From the human T2T-CHM13v2.0 reference genome, Homo sapiens: a DNA stretch of 64,000 bases. Positions 16,031 to 29,140 of this stretch are shown here, one piece after another. The stretch lies in the NCBI RefSeq assembly GCF_009914755.1, contig NC_060928.1; one strand, written 5' to 3'. Each line of letters begins with the position of its first letter. Within the stretch, counting starts at the first letter, position 1. The position numbers and the translations under genes are program-made. A model generated the notes under the pieces. That model was not told the origin of the DNA and searched no databases. It saw only the letters and a list, made by a program, of their open reading frames with translations.

Positions 16031-18647
16031 TCAGGTTTTTTATTGATAATGCAGAAATCCTTGTCTTATGTATATAAATGACAAATGCAAGGTCATTTAG
16101 AACAAAGTTATTTTGTTTATACTTCTCTGTGACCTACCTAAAAGCTGTGTGAATCATCATTATTAGAAACAGAAAGGAGAGAGCTGTATTATTTAACATT
16201 ATTTTAGTAGCTCACAGCATAAGCTATGTTTAAAATTCTGTTAGTTTCCCATCCTCTGTCAGTTAATATAACCATTGGTACATCACTGTGTAGTAGGCAC
16301 CATGAAAACAACAGATTTATTTCCTAGTATGTTTATAACATAAATGCGGGTATATTAAATGATTCAATAAAATACCTGGTCTGAGAAGTCACTATATCAT
16401 AAAGATAAATATTATAGACATCACTGAAATCACAACCTCTTACATGAAGTAGTAATTTTTGTAATATGTGTATGCACCCATCAGTAGAGAGATACCACTG
16501 AATGTGACCCAAGGCAATTTCTGGGAACATTTCTTCACTTTCTTATCTAATTTGTTCATTTTCTTTTAATCATCCTTCCTTCTATTTATTTTCTTATTCT
16601 TGCACCCCTTATTTCTTTTCCATCCTAAAGCTTGGATTGAGCAGGAATACATATGGGTGACTTCAATTTCCCCTCAGGGTGTTTGGAGAGAGAGGTCACT
16701 GGCTCCAGTTTAGAAGGTGCCATTTTCAGAGTCATCATTCATTCTTCTTCTTGGTACCTTCCTGTGAGTTTTCAATAAGTTGTCTCAGCTATTAAACTTT
16801 AAACTTAATCAATCAAAAAGTTCAATAAATTGATTGTTCTAGATTACTTCAGCATTCTGATTAACTGCAAAGAAAAGAATTCTTGGCGTTCTCTATGTGT
16901 TTCTATTTTTACAATGAAGAACGCATTGGCCTACTTTGTTGCCTTAGGAAGTAGAATATATTGAAAATAACAGATTCTTTTTAATGAGGATTTAACATAG
17001 CCTAGGATCAATAATTAGAGGATAGATATAAGCATCATATAATAAAGAGAATAGTGGAATGGAAACATTGTTTTTGAGGCTTGTTTTATTCTTTTCCTAT
17101 TGAATAGGTACTGACACCAAACTGTGCTTCTAGAAATTTTGGTAGAATTTTGTAAAATAAAATCTTGACATAAGCCTATTTTTTTGTGTGCTCCTTCATT
17201 TTTTCAGCTTTTTGAGGAAAAACATAGTTAATTCAATGTTCCAGTCATATGGATTAAATTTAATCAGAATTTCACCATGCTGAAACAAAAACTCTTGAAA
17301 CGGTACACATAAACTCAGTCATCTTCTTTCTTTTGAGGCCACAGACTTTAAAGTCAGTGGTTAAATAACCAATCCACGAAAAAAATGACAATTTTCTTTT
17401 GCCAACATTATTTTAATTGTAAGTTCCAGTTTCTTCAGCATTTTGTTTGCTGATACATGGCTAGCTTACACAGCACCTTGGTTTGCTGTTCCAAGTAATG
17501 TATTGGTTTTTCTTCTTTCCTATAATTAAATTCAAGTAAATTTTTTCCCCAATGTACAACTCATAATTAGCAGTTAAGTGCATGAAATTTTTCATTAGCT
17601 TTGTTTCTATATTATTAAAATTTTAATATAAAAAGTTGGGTTAGCATACCCACTTTGTAAAAGTCTAATTTATCAGATGACACTTAATAAAAACTCAAAT
17701 ATTTTTATAAGTAGTTATGTATATCTTTCTCTTTGTCCCTATAAAATAATTTCAGCTTTAGGAACAGGAATTCCAATCCTAGTATTATTTTACATAATTA
17801 CAACTTACATTTTCCATTTTTTTGCCTTTATTTGCTAAATGTAGACACATTTCTATTTATTTATACAAACAGTGATTACAGCTTTGAGTTTCTCTTTACT
17901 TGATCCCACTGTGTATTTCTTCAGTGTAAATATCCCTTACTAAGGAGGAATACTTCCCCCGCTTTGCAAGTAAAACAAATCACTCATCACAAAATGATGT
18001 AAAAATATAGTTTAAGTTTTTGTTAGCATATGTGATAAAGTGTCATAAGCCCGCAGTGGCTGAGGCTAATGAGAGAGAATGATGACTTTCTGAATAAAAT
18101 ATATTTTCTCATTTGCTGCTGATTCAGATTGATTATTCATTACCATCATTGAAAGATAGAAAACACACAAGCATAGGCTGATATATATAACCAATCATCT
18201 GATATGCTGAATAATTAATCATCTGATATGCTGGTTATCAAATCAAATTGATGCACCTCACCTCTAGAGTTACTGGTTAAAAAGTTTGGAAAATGGTTGA
18301 AATTAGTGCCAATTTTGTAACCTTGTTATTATCCTTATCCCCCACAACTACACCTGTCATATGTAATTCTGAAGCACAGTTACTTGGACCACATCATGTG
18401 AAAAAGTGCATTAGAAACCACACTTCTGTATTGAAATCTTCTTCTGCTCTTCTAGTGAAAAATGGTCAACTATCAGCAATTTCCTATGACCCAACCTAGT
18501 ATTTTCCCCTCTTGTCATATTAACATAAAGCTGGCTTTCCATTGGGTTGCAGAATTCAGTGTTGTTGTGAAATAATATTTTGAAGTTTAGCTAACTGGTC
18601 ATTTTCTATATTTTATGTTACCCTGCGACCCTTTGACATTAGGGCAA

Positions 18648-21098
18648 TGTCTGAGGACGTTTCTGCCACTATAACAGAATACCACAGACTGGGTAATTTA
18701 TAAAGAAAAGAAATTTATTTCTCACACTTCTGGAGGCTGGGAAGTCCAAGAGTAGGGGTCTGACGTTTGGCAAGAGTCATCCCATGATAGAAGGGCAGAT
18801 GGCAAAAGCCAGCACATGAGACAGGGAGAGGAAATCAGGCTGAACTTATCCTTTTATCAAGAGTCCACTCCCATGATAATTAACCATTTCCCACAATAAT
18901 GCATTAATATATTCACAAAGGCAGATCCCTCATTATCTAATCATTAAAGGTCCCACCTCTAACACTGTTACAATGGCAATTAAATTTCAATATGTACTTT
19001 GGAGGAGACATTTAAACCATAGCATTATGCCCCTGACTCCCTCAAATTTATGCCTTCTCATTTACAGAATACTTTTTATCTATACCAATAGCCTCCAAAA
19101 TCTTAATTAATTTAAGCATCAACTCTAAAGTCCATATTCTTATGTAATTCAAATATGGATGAGACTCAAGGCATAATTCATCTTGAGGCAAATTCCTCCA
19201 GCTGTGAGCCTGTGAAATTAAAACAAGTAATTTACTTCCAAACACAATGGTGGAACAGGTATAGGAAAGACATTCTCATTCCAAAATGGAAAAACAGATA
19301 AGAATAAAGGGGTAACTGTTCCCAAGAAAGTCTAAAACCCAACAGGAAAAACAGCATTAGGTATTAAAGCTGAAGAATAATCTTTTTTACTTCATCTCTC
19401 ACATCCTGGGCACAGTGGGGCTAGGGTTGGGTCCCCAAGGTCTCGGGCAGCCCTACCCCTATGGCTTTGCTGGGTTTAGTCCACCCAGCACCTCTCATTG
19501 GTTGGAGTCCCCTGCCAGCAACTTCTCCAGGCTAGCATTGTAAGCTGGTATCTTCTATAGTTCTGGGTTCTTACGGGTAGCCCAGCTTCCATGGCCCTAC
19601 CAGGCACTGCCCTAGTGGTAGCTCTCTGCAGTGGCTCCATCCCTGTGGCAAGTTTCTGCTCAGACCCCCAGGCAATTCCTAACATCCTTTGAAATCTAGA
19701 TGGAGATAGCCATGTCCCCACAGCTCTTGCATTCTGTATGCCTGCAGAATTAGCACCACACAGATGCTGGCAAGGCTCATCACTTATACCTTCCAGAGCA
19801 GTGGATCAAGCCACACCTGAGTCCACTTGAGCCATGGATGGCATAGCCAAAAGACACTGAGTGGAAATGTGGGGAACAGAGACTTAAGGCAGCACTGGGA
19901 AGTGAGCCTGTGTAGGGTACCCTGGCCTATCTCCCCAAATCATTGTGCCTTTCTAGTGCTCTGAGCTGCGATGGGAGGGGCAGTCTTGAAGACCTCTGAG
20001 ATGCCTTTAAGGGTATTTCTCTCATTGTTCTGATGAATAGGATCTGGCTGTCTTCTATCCATATTAATATCTTTAGCAATGGGGCACTTTGCTGCACCCT
20101 TGGTATTCTCTCCCTAATGTACCTTTTTACTGCTTATGTGGCCAGGCTGTGAATTTTCCAAATCTTTTTATTCTACTTCCCTTCTAATGATAAATTCTTC
20201 CTTTAAGTCATTCCTTTTATCTCCATATCACTGAATACAGTTGAAGGTATCCAGAAATCAGCCTGAATGCTTTGTTGCTTAGATATTACTTCTGCCATAT
20301 ATCCTAATTCATTGCTCTTGAGTTCTGTATTCCTTAAAGCCCTCAGGCATTGAAGCAGTTCTACTAAGGTCTTTGCCACTTTATAACAAGAATGACCTTT
20401 ACTCTAGTTTCCAAAACCTTATTCCTCATTTCTGTCTAAGACTTCATCAGCATGACCTTTTCTGTTCATATTTCTACTAACATTCTGGTCACAATCATTT
20501 AAGCAATCTCTAAGAAGATTCAGATTTTTTATACAGCTCTCTTCTGAGCCCTCATCAGAATCACCCTTAATGTTCCATTCACAGCAATCTGGCTTTTTTT
20601 TTTTTTAGCCTGCTCCTCTAAATTCTTCCAGCTTCTAGCCATTACCCAGTTCCAAAGCCATTCCACATTTTTAGATATTTGTTATAGAAACAAATACCTC
20701 CCAATATCAATTTTCTATCTTAGTTTGTTTTCTGCTGCTGTATCAGAATACTACAGACTTGATAATTTACAAAGCAAAGAAATTATCTCTCACAGTTCGT
20801 GAGGCTGAGAAGTCCAAGAGCATTATACCAGCATCTGACAAGGACCATCACATGGGGGAAGGGCAGAAAGCAGAAACAAGCATATGAGACAGAAAGAGGA
20901 AATCAGGCCATAATCATCTTTTTATTATGAGCCCACTTCCATGATAACTAACCTACTTCTATAATAAGGACATTAATCTATACATGAAGGTGGAACTCTC
21001 ATAATCTAATCACCTTGTAAAGGTCCCATCACTCAACACTGTTACAATGGCAATTAAATTTCTATACAAATTTTGAAGGGAACATTCAAACCATAGCA
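18648..21098 (-). mobile_element. Complete MaLR element: MSTD-like LTR (18648-19024) + MST-int + LTR (20716-21098)
   Basis: Two ~380 bp direct repeats both ending ..CAATGGCAATTAAATTTC...AAACCATAGCA flank ~1.7 kb of MST internal sequence; TSD GGCAA (18643-18647)/GGCAG (21099-21103). Confidence 0.88.
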
Positions 21099-21621
21099 GG
21101 CAGCTAAATCATGCAGCATCCATTGACTCCTAGAAAAAAAATGTACTCACAGAAACAGAAAACAATCTTTTGAGGATCAAAAGCCCCTATTTCTTATTAG
21201 GAAAATGTAGCCCACAAAGAAACTCAAGGCACAGATATTTTATGACTCAAGTGAAATTTTTCTGCTTCTGTCCCCTCCTCCCTTCTCTTCTCTCATCCCA
21301 AGATAAAAAGCAACCCCAAAAGATGGGAGAAGACAGTGGGAAGAAAATCTATGAGTAAATAGATATTGTAAGCTATTGGGATGGGGCATCCACACTCTGC
21401 TGAGAGAAGTCTTGAAGGAAGATGACAGAAGGACTCTCGATCTGTTGTGGAAAACAAGAATAGAGAGAACACTTGCCTCATTTTTCCTAATAGAGATGAA
21501 GAAAGGGAAAGCTCCTCAAGGTAGCAATGGCTTCAAAATAGAACTTTCTTATACCAGGAATAGATAATTCCCCCTTTCCTGAGTAAATAGGAAGAGGTAA
21601 AGAGCTGAGCTACATGAAGCT

Positions 21622-22074
21622 TGCTGTGGTTTGGATGTTTGCCCCTGCGAAATTTCATGCTAAAATTTATTCTCCAGTGTGGCATTGTTGGGATCAGAGG
21701 CCTAGTGGGAAGTGTATGGGTCATGAGGGTGAAATCTTCCTGAATAGATTAGTGTCTTCCTTTGGGGTCAAGTGAATTCTCACTCTATCAGTTCTCATAA
21801 AAGGTGATTGTTAAAAAAGAGCCTGACACCTCCCCACTTTCTCTCTTGCTTCTTCTCTTGCCTCCTCTCTTGCCATGTGACCTCTGCTTATGCTGACTCT
21901 CCTTTGCTTTCCACCATGAGAGGATGCAGTTGAGGCCCTCACCAGAAGCTGAGCAGATGCCACCTCCATGCTTCTTGTACAGCCTGTAGAACCATGAGTA
22001 GAATAAACCTCTGTTCTTTATAAATTACTCAGCATCAAGTATTCTTTTACAGCAAAACAAAATAGACTAAGACA
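21622..22074 (+). mobile_element. MaLR solo LTR (MSTB1/MSTC-like)
   Basis: TGCTGTGGTTTGGATGTTTG start; CTTGTACAGCCTGTAGAACCATGAG..AATAAACCTC; AGACTAAGACA end. Confidence 0.82.
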
Positions 22075-23069
22075 AGGCCCCATTGGGTTTCTGTAGTCTC
22101 AGGATGGACAAGAATAATAAAGTGATACTTGTGCATGGAAGAAAGGCCCAGGCATTAACTGGGTCATAACATGACCCATGGAGCCTTGCAGTCAAGATTT
22201 TAAAATGTCATAACAGCAATCAGCATGGGTCAAAACACAAAGGCCAGAAAAGGCTGCAACACAGAAGGCTGCTGCAGGAGATGAAGAGTGGCCACCCAAG
22301 ACAGAAGCCATTCTTAACTACTTGGCACTCTGTAAGCTCCTTGAAACAGAGACAATCCCAGAGAAAGGGGAGCGAGTATTTTTGGGGTGGGTAGAGGGAC
22401 AGTCACCAAGTGAAATTAGAGTTCATGTTAGAAATACCAGTTGGAGAGAAATAAAGAAAAATCTATTTGTTGGACCTTAGAGTTTTGAGGCTAAACTGGA
22501 AGAGTTATGACAAAAATAAAAACTATATGCAGCAGAAATACATTTCGAACTGAGAGAGGATTAAATCATTTGACCATCCCTTTCCAAATGCTGCATTAAA
22601 AACAATAAGCCATTCTAGGTCTTTCTTTGAGTAAAAAATTTTATTTTACAGCCCATCTTCCAGTTTTAGCCACATTAGAAGCTAGTGAAATAGGTTCCGT
22701 CTTTGGCTTTTAAGTACATTTCATCCTTCACTACTTTAGTAAGTACCATAAAGTACTGTCGCTCAAGATTCCTGATTTTTACCCTCCTTTCCTATTCTTA
22801 TTTTCTGACTTTTCTCAGAGTATTTCGATTAGCCTGTAACTCATTCTTGACTCTCTTTGTCCTGATTTCCTCTTGTGTTATAACCAATAGATAAAATCCA
22901 TTTCTGCTCACATTTTTACCAGAGCTCTTCTCAAACTTTCATCAACCCCTTTTCCCCCAAACAGCATGCTTATGTATGTTAGAATTGAATCTCATATTTA
23001 CCTGTTAACATTTTTACTTTAAATTTGTGTCACATTATATTTCCTAAACCATAATTTCCATCCTACACA

Positions 23070-23510
23070 TTTTTCTGTAATGCAACTTTTCCACATACTT
23101 ATCAAGTGGTAGAGTGTATGTCTGTGTACTTCTTAAATCCTGAACTTATTTTAACTAATAGAATATCATAGAAGTGACACAATTCCAGTTTTGGGGGCAG
23201 TCCTTTACTGACATGGTAGCTTCTGATTCTTGCTCTTTAGAAGCTAGCTGCCACAAGAAGTGAGACTATCATTCTGTGATAGTCCTAGCTACATGGGGAA
23301 GACATGGAGGACAAAACATCATGAAGACTGACCAAGAGGCCAAGGAGGACTGAGGCTCCAGACATGTGAGCAAAACATTCATCTTGAGCATCTTCCTATG
23401 AAATTGTTAGATGGTATGAGAGGCCCTAAGAGAGAACTGCCCCACTGAGTCCAGGCAAACTATAGAACCATAAGAGATGATATGTTATTGTTTTGTAGTC
23501 ATGTATTTTT
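23070..23510 (+). mobile_element. Old MaLR LTR (MLT1H/I-like) fragment
   Basis: AATAGAAT...GAAGTGACA, CCAGACATGTGAG, GAACTGCCC.ACTGAG.CCAG.CAAAC...AGAACCAT.AGAGAT. Confidence 0.55.
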
Positions 23511-24767
23511 ACTTAATTACAGAATACAGTATATGTGTGTGTATATCACATTAAATTATAAACCATAAATCATATTTTCTTATATAGCAAATGGTACATA
23601 TAACAACATGTGTAATGGTGTTGTGGGTATGTTAGATGCTCAATAAATATATGTCAGATGAATTATATTTATATCTTATAGATATCAATTAAATGAGATA
23701 TGTTTTCCAAATATAAAGTATATTACTTGTCCTTCAAGGGCTAAATCTCTTTGCACTATAGCAAAGCTATTCAAAACTCTCCTCATTTATGAACTTTCTA
23801 CTACGTTTCTAGTTAGCAGGGTGCCTAAGTGAACTGACCCAGATATTCACTTGGCAGCTTTAATAAATTGTGGTGAATTAGTAAGTAAGCCTTTAAATCA
23901 TCCTGGTTCTGCCACGATGTGAAGACTCACTCTTTGTAATTTCTCAGAATATTGTAACCAACTTTTATTGAACATATGTCTACTTTGATGACATTTTTAA
24001 AATAAAACTATTAATTGGGCATAGGGAACATCAGATCTTCCTCAGTTCTAGGGAGTAAGGTGGTGGGGGATGAAGAATGAAGCATTGGTTACAATAAGCC
24101 AGTCACCAGGAAGTGAAATAATTAACACAAAAGTATTTATCTTTCGGTTCTTCCTCTGTGACTAGACTCTTGTGTCCTTTACTACACCTTGCTCTTTATT
24201 TCTCATCCTGCTGTCATAGATAATAACTTATAGCAGAACTGGACCCATGATGACCAGTGAAGAGTTTGGGTTCCATTGTTCCTCTTATCTTCTCCATATA
24301 CCTAGCAAGACACTTCAGAGGTAAAGAAAATAGAACTGGGTTCATCAGAATCAATTTAAAGAGAGGAAAAATAAAAAAAATAAATAAATAAAATAAAAGA
24401 TTGTCCACACGGTTTTTAACAAGAAATCCATAAACATCCAAGTAAGTGACATTTCTGTCACCAACACACTTGGGTCTGAAAATTTACTTTCCATATACAA
24501 ACCTACATAATTAAAAAAGAACTAGTTTTACAAATAATCGAATTGCTAGTATATGCTAACAAAAGATCATTCCAGCCTTCCCAGTATTGAGAGGAGAAAT
24601 AATCAATGAATGTGAGTAAATCAATGAAATTGTAACTGAGCATTTTCAGTTGTATTAGAAGACTAAATAATGAGTGGTTTATCTAACATTTATAATATAA
24701 TATATTGACATATTTTCAATATCTATATCTTTTGATCAAATTGGTTATAATTCCAAAGAAATTTTAA

Positions 24768-25122
<355 letters not shown>

Positions 25123-25614
25123 TGACATTCAAGATTATCTGCCTGTTTCAAATTAATAATTCCATAATAGAACATGCCAGAAGTAGAAGACATTTGAGCA
25201 CCAAAAGTTATAATGCTTTGATATATGAAACATTTATTACAGAAATTCAATTATTGTTTGATTCTATGGTTTTATATTTAATAAAAAGACGACTCTGATC
25301 TTAACTTCATCTCTAATCTCTTTAGAGATTATATGCACACACATTTTGTTTTTATCATATTTCTTCATACTGCTTTACTTCATGTAAGCCCACTTTTATT
25401 AAAGATGTTTAAATACAATCATGAGAGGTTTTGATTTTCAGAAACCAAAGTACAAAAATTCAGTTTAACCAAGTGTGATAAAGTGTTATTTCTGTCTGGA
25501 ACTTTTTAACAGCCTGGATCTTACAGAAATACACCATAAAAGAAACAATTTCTTCCACTGCATTGAAAGTGCTGCTTCTGTATAGTAGATCACTACCTTA
25601 GTGCTAATGTTTTT

Positions 25615-25868
25615 TAAAAAAGAAATCCTAAATGAATTTCTTTTAAACATTCTGAAATAACTTCTTTTTCTTCTAAGGAGAGACACAGAAGGGTTTTGTT
25701 TCTTTTGTTATTGTATTGTTTTATTGTATTAACTAAGTGTCCTAGGAGGAGCATAAAAAGCATGTGTTGGCTCTACTAAATAAATGCTTGAAAGAACTGG
25801 AATTCGAAAAAGTTAAAGGACTTCTCTGATATGTTATCACAGAATAAAAATTAGAGACATGAAGCCAG
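25615..25868 (+). repeat. Copy 1 (source) of a ~250 bp local direct duplication
   Basis: About 90% identical by manual alignment to 27701-27949. Confidence 0.92.
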
Positions 25869-26790
25869 CTCCCGGTTGTTCTGTACCACACCCAGTATTA
25901 AACTTCACCTCTCTAGAAGGATTAGTAGTTGACCACCTCTTAAGATACTAATATTCTGCCATACTATGTTAATAATTCTAACAGAATGTCTTAACTTATC
26001 AACCTACAAAATGACACCTACTTAGCTGACATCTCTCATGCCTCGATATAGAGAAATTTGTGCCTCAGTATACATTAAAGGTTGACTGTAACCTCAGTTT
26101 TTGAAAACCCAGGATCTTTTGCAGTCTATATTTGTGGCAAGGGCTATATTGCCTGGTTGTACTAAAAACACATAAAAATCAAGAAAATATTCAAAACGTT
26201 AAGCAGATAATATTTTTTCTCACATAAAACTATTTTTGCATGTCTTCATAGGTATATAATTGTTCATGCATATACTTATTTTTATCAGGTGTTGCCTAGC
26301 AGCAAATAAACCCCTGGGTATCTAAATTAGAGCACAGAAGTAACTGAGCAAGCCTGGGGGATAGTGGAATTTCATTTTCAACATAATTAGCTCTGTAATT
26401 GTAAGGCCCAGCTTAGTAGATGTATTTGGAAATGTAATTAATTATGATTGATTTAAACACTGTTTAAAATGCATATTTTTTATGTTCTAAAAGCTGAATT
26501 ATGTAGGGAAAGATTCAATTTTGAAATTAGTAGTGTTTATAAACACTATAGTTTTTTAAAAGTTAATGTAATAAAGTTAGCTACAATTGCCTAAATGTAA
26601 TTTTTAGATGAAAACATTATACAGCATAAATTAGTATAAATTACAAGAAATTTAAAAATCTGTTTTATGTCAAATCAACTAATAATAGAAACATTACTAC
26701 TTAAATAATCAAAATATTTTTAGAACAACACATTCTAATAATATTTATAGTCCAAGGAATATGAAAAAACTATAAATCTATCTCTAGAGC

Positions 26791-27667
26791 TATTTTTAAA
26801 AATTATTTTTATGGTAGTTAAAAACACAGAACATAAAATTTACCATATTAAGGATTTCTAAATATACAGTCCAGTAGTGTTAAGTATATGCACATTGTTG
26901 TGCAACTAATCTCAGGAAGCTTTTATCCTGTAGAACCTAAACTCTGTACCCACTAAACAAAAACTCCCCATTCTCTTCTCCCAGTCCCTGTCAAACACCA
27001 ATTTTACTTTCTATTTCTATGAATCTAACTATTCTAGATACCGCATATAAATGAAATTGTAAAGTTTTTGTCTTTTTGTGACTAGCTTATTTCACTTAGC
27101 GTATTGCCCTCAAGGTTCATCCATGTTGTAGCGTGTATCAGAATTTTCTTCTTTTTTAAGTCTGAATAATATTCTCTTGTTTGTATTCACCACATTTTAT
27201 GTATCCATTCATCCATCAATAGACACTTGATTGATTCCACTTTTAGCTATTGTAAATAGTCCTGATATGAATTTGGGTGTGCAAATATCTCTTTGAGATC
27301 CTGCTTTCAATTCTTTTGGATATATATCCAGAAGTAAAATTGTTAATCATATGGTAATTCTAGTTTTAATCTTCTGAGAAACTGCCATACTGTTTTCCAT
27401 AGCAGCTGTACCGTCTTACATTCCTACCAAAAATGCACAAGGGTTCCAATTTCTCCATATCCTTGCCAACATTTATTTTCTGTTTTTTTCTGATTGTCTT
27501 GTTTTGTTTTCTTTTGTTTGGTGGTAGCCGTTCTAATAGGTGTGAGGTGATACTTCATTGTGGTTTTGATTTGCATTTCCCTAATGATTAGCAATGTTGA
27601 GCATCTTTTTATGTATTTGTTGGCCAGTTGTATATAATCTTTGGAGAACTGTCGACTCAGATTCTTT
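26791..27667 (-). mobile_element. 5'-truncated old L1 (L1MA9/L1MB-like) 3' end
   Basis: AACATAAAATTTACCAT, CACATTGTTGTGCAAC, GGTTCATCCATGTTGTAGC, GTTTTGATTTGCATTTCCCTAATGATTAG motifs. Confidence 0.85.
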
Positions 27668-27700
27668 GTCTAGAGACAGGTATTTTGACAAAAGGAATGC

Positions 27701-27949
27701 TAAAAAGGAATCCTAAATGAATTTCTTTTAAAAATCCTGAAATAACTTATTTTTCTTCTAAGGAGATACACAGAAGGGTTTTGTTCGTTTTTTTATGGTA
27801 TTGTTTTATTGTATTACCTAAGTGTCCTAAGAAGAGCATAAAGAGCAGATGTTGGCTCTACTAAATGCTTGAAAGAACTGGAGTTCAAAAAAATTAAAAG
27901 ACTTCTTTGATATATTGTCACAGAATAAAAATTAGAGACATGAAGACAG
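27701..27949 (+). repeat. Copy 2 of the ~250 bp duplication, bracketed by 38 bp inverted repeats (27650-27687 / 27965-28002)
   Basis: Direct alignment to 25615-25868; inverted arms match 33/38. Confidence 0.92.
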
Positions 27950-28799
27950 AATGATAATTAGAGACAAAATATCTGTCTCTAGACAAAGGACCTGAATAGA
28001 CATTTAGGTCTAAATATATTCACTGAATTTTCTAAACAAAAGACAGAATAAATTCTTTAAAAAAAAAAAGTCAGGGTTCATAAAGTTCCATATCAGAATA
28101 GAAGTAATTTGCAAAATAGTACTCAAAAAATTTTGTTTTGCTTTGCCTTTTGTTTGTCTTAAGGCCTAATGGGTTAAAAAGAGAAAAGAAAAAGAATAGT
28201 GCATTTTTCTTTCAATTAAATTTGCTGAGAGTAAAGCCTGTCCTAGAGTTGAGGAAATGAGGGAATTCTGACTTCCTCAGCCGGGAATGGCTTACAGAGG
28301 TGAGTAGGCAGAAAGTAGTGATACTATAGTCTGGAATACTTTTGAAACTTGGCAGAGGGCCCCACTAACCCTGAGGCTGTGTTTCTTTGAAGACCAGCAG
28401 AAGCTGAAGGAAGTCATGAGTCATCACAGTCTCAAGGCTTGAATGGCTCATTGGCCTTAACTCTTTCTGCAGAGTAATCTCTATGTTGCTCTTTATCTCA
28501 TCAGCCTGATAATTTCCTAGGCTTTTGTCACAGTCACTTGAACAAGATACTGCCTTATCCTTCTCCATTTACCAGAAAAATTAGTCCAAATCCTCCTCTG
28601 CCCTCAGTTTCCCTTGCCAAGGTTTCTCAATTCAAGCACAACTAATCATTTATCTCTCCCATTCTAAGGTGTATTGACTTCCTCCAGTTTTGTTTTACCC
28701 TTTTCCTGGGAACTGCACCCCTTTTGCATTAGGATGCTGTTCTCCTCTTCCCCTAAGACCTTGAAGTTCTAACAGGAACTGACAATAACACTTTACCTG

Positions 28800-29140
28800 C
28801 CTTGATAGAGTTGACTTATTCAAGGGTGGGCCAATCTAGATACTCCCCTTTGAAGACTGAAAAGACTGAAAATCCCTCTGTAGTGGTAATATTATGAGAT
28901 TTGAAGACCCTAACCTATGAAAGAAGCTGCTCTTCAATAAAACAATAACCTTACATCTAGAGAGAACAAAAGAGAGACAGTCAGGAGGATGTCCAGTTCC
29001 CGGCCTCAGCTGCCCCTCAGGCTAAGCTGCATTCTGTTGTTCTATGGTTAGGCAATCCAGCCTTTCCATAAAGTCCCCTGTCTTGGGAATAATTTGAATG
29101 GATTTCTGTCATGTGCAAACGGAAGACTCATGATTAATAT
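28800..29140 (+). mobile_element. Old ERVL LTR fragment (LTR33/LTR16-like)
   Basis: GGGCCAATC..., CAGCTGCCCCTCAGGCT and 3' end GGATTTCTGTCA..TGCAA.C.GAAGA.TC.TGA.TAATA. Confidence 0.45.

Noticed and set aside
27650-28002. Novel MITE with 38 bp terminal inverted repeats
   Set aside because: The arms include L1-derived sequence, the interior is a copy of nearby DNA and no TSD is evident; reinterpreted as a templated insertion.
28295-28306. Isolated strong + strand splice donors (also ~50070 and ~62895)
   Set aside because: No supporting acceptor or reading frame; expected by chance in 64 kb.
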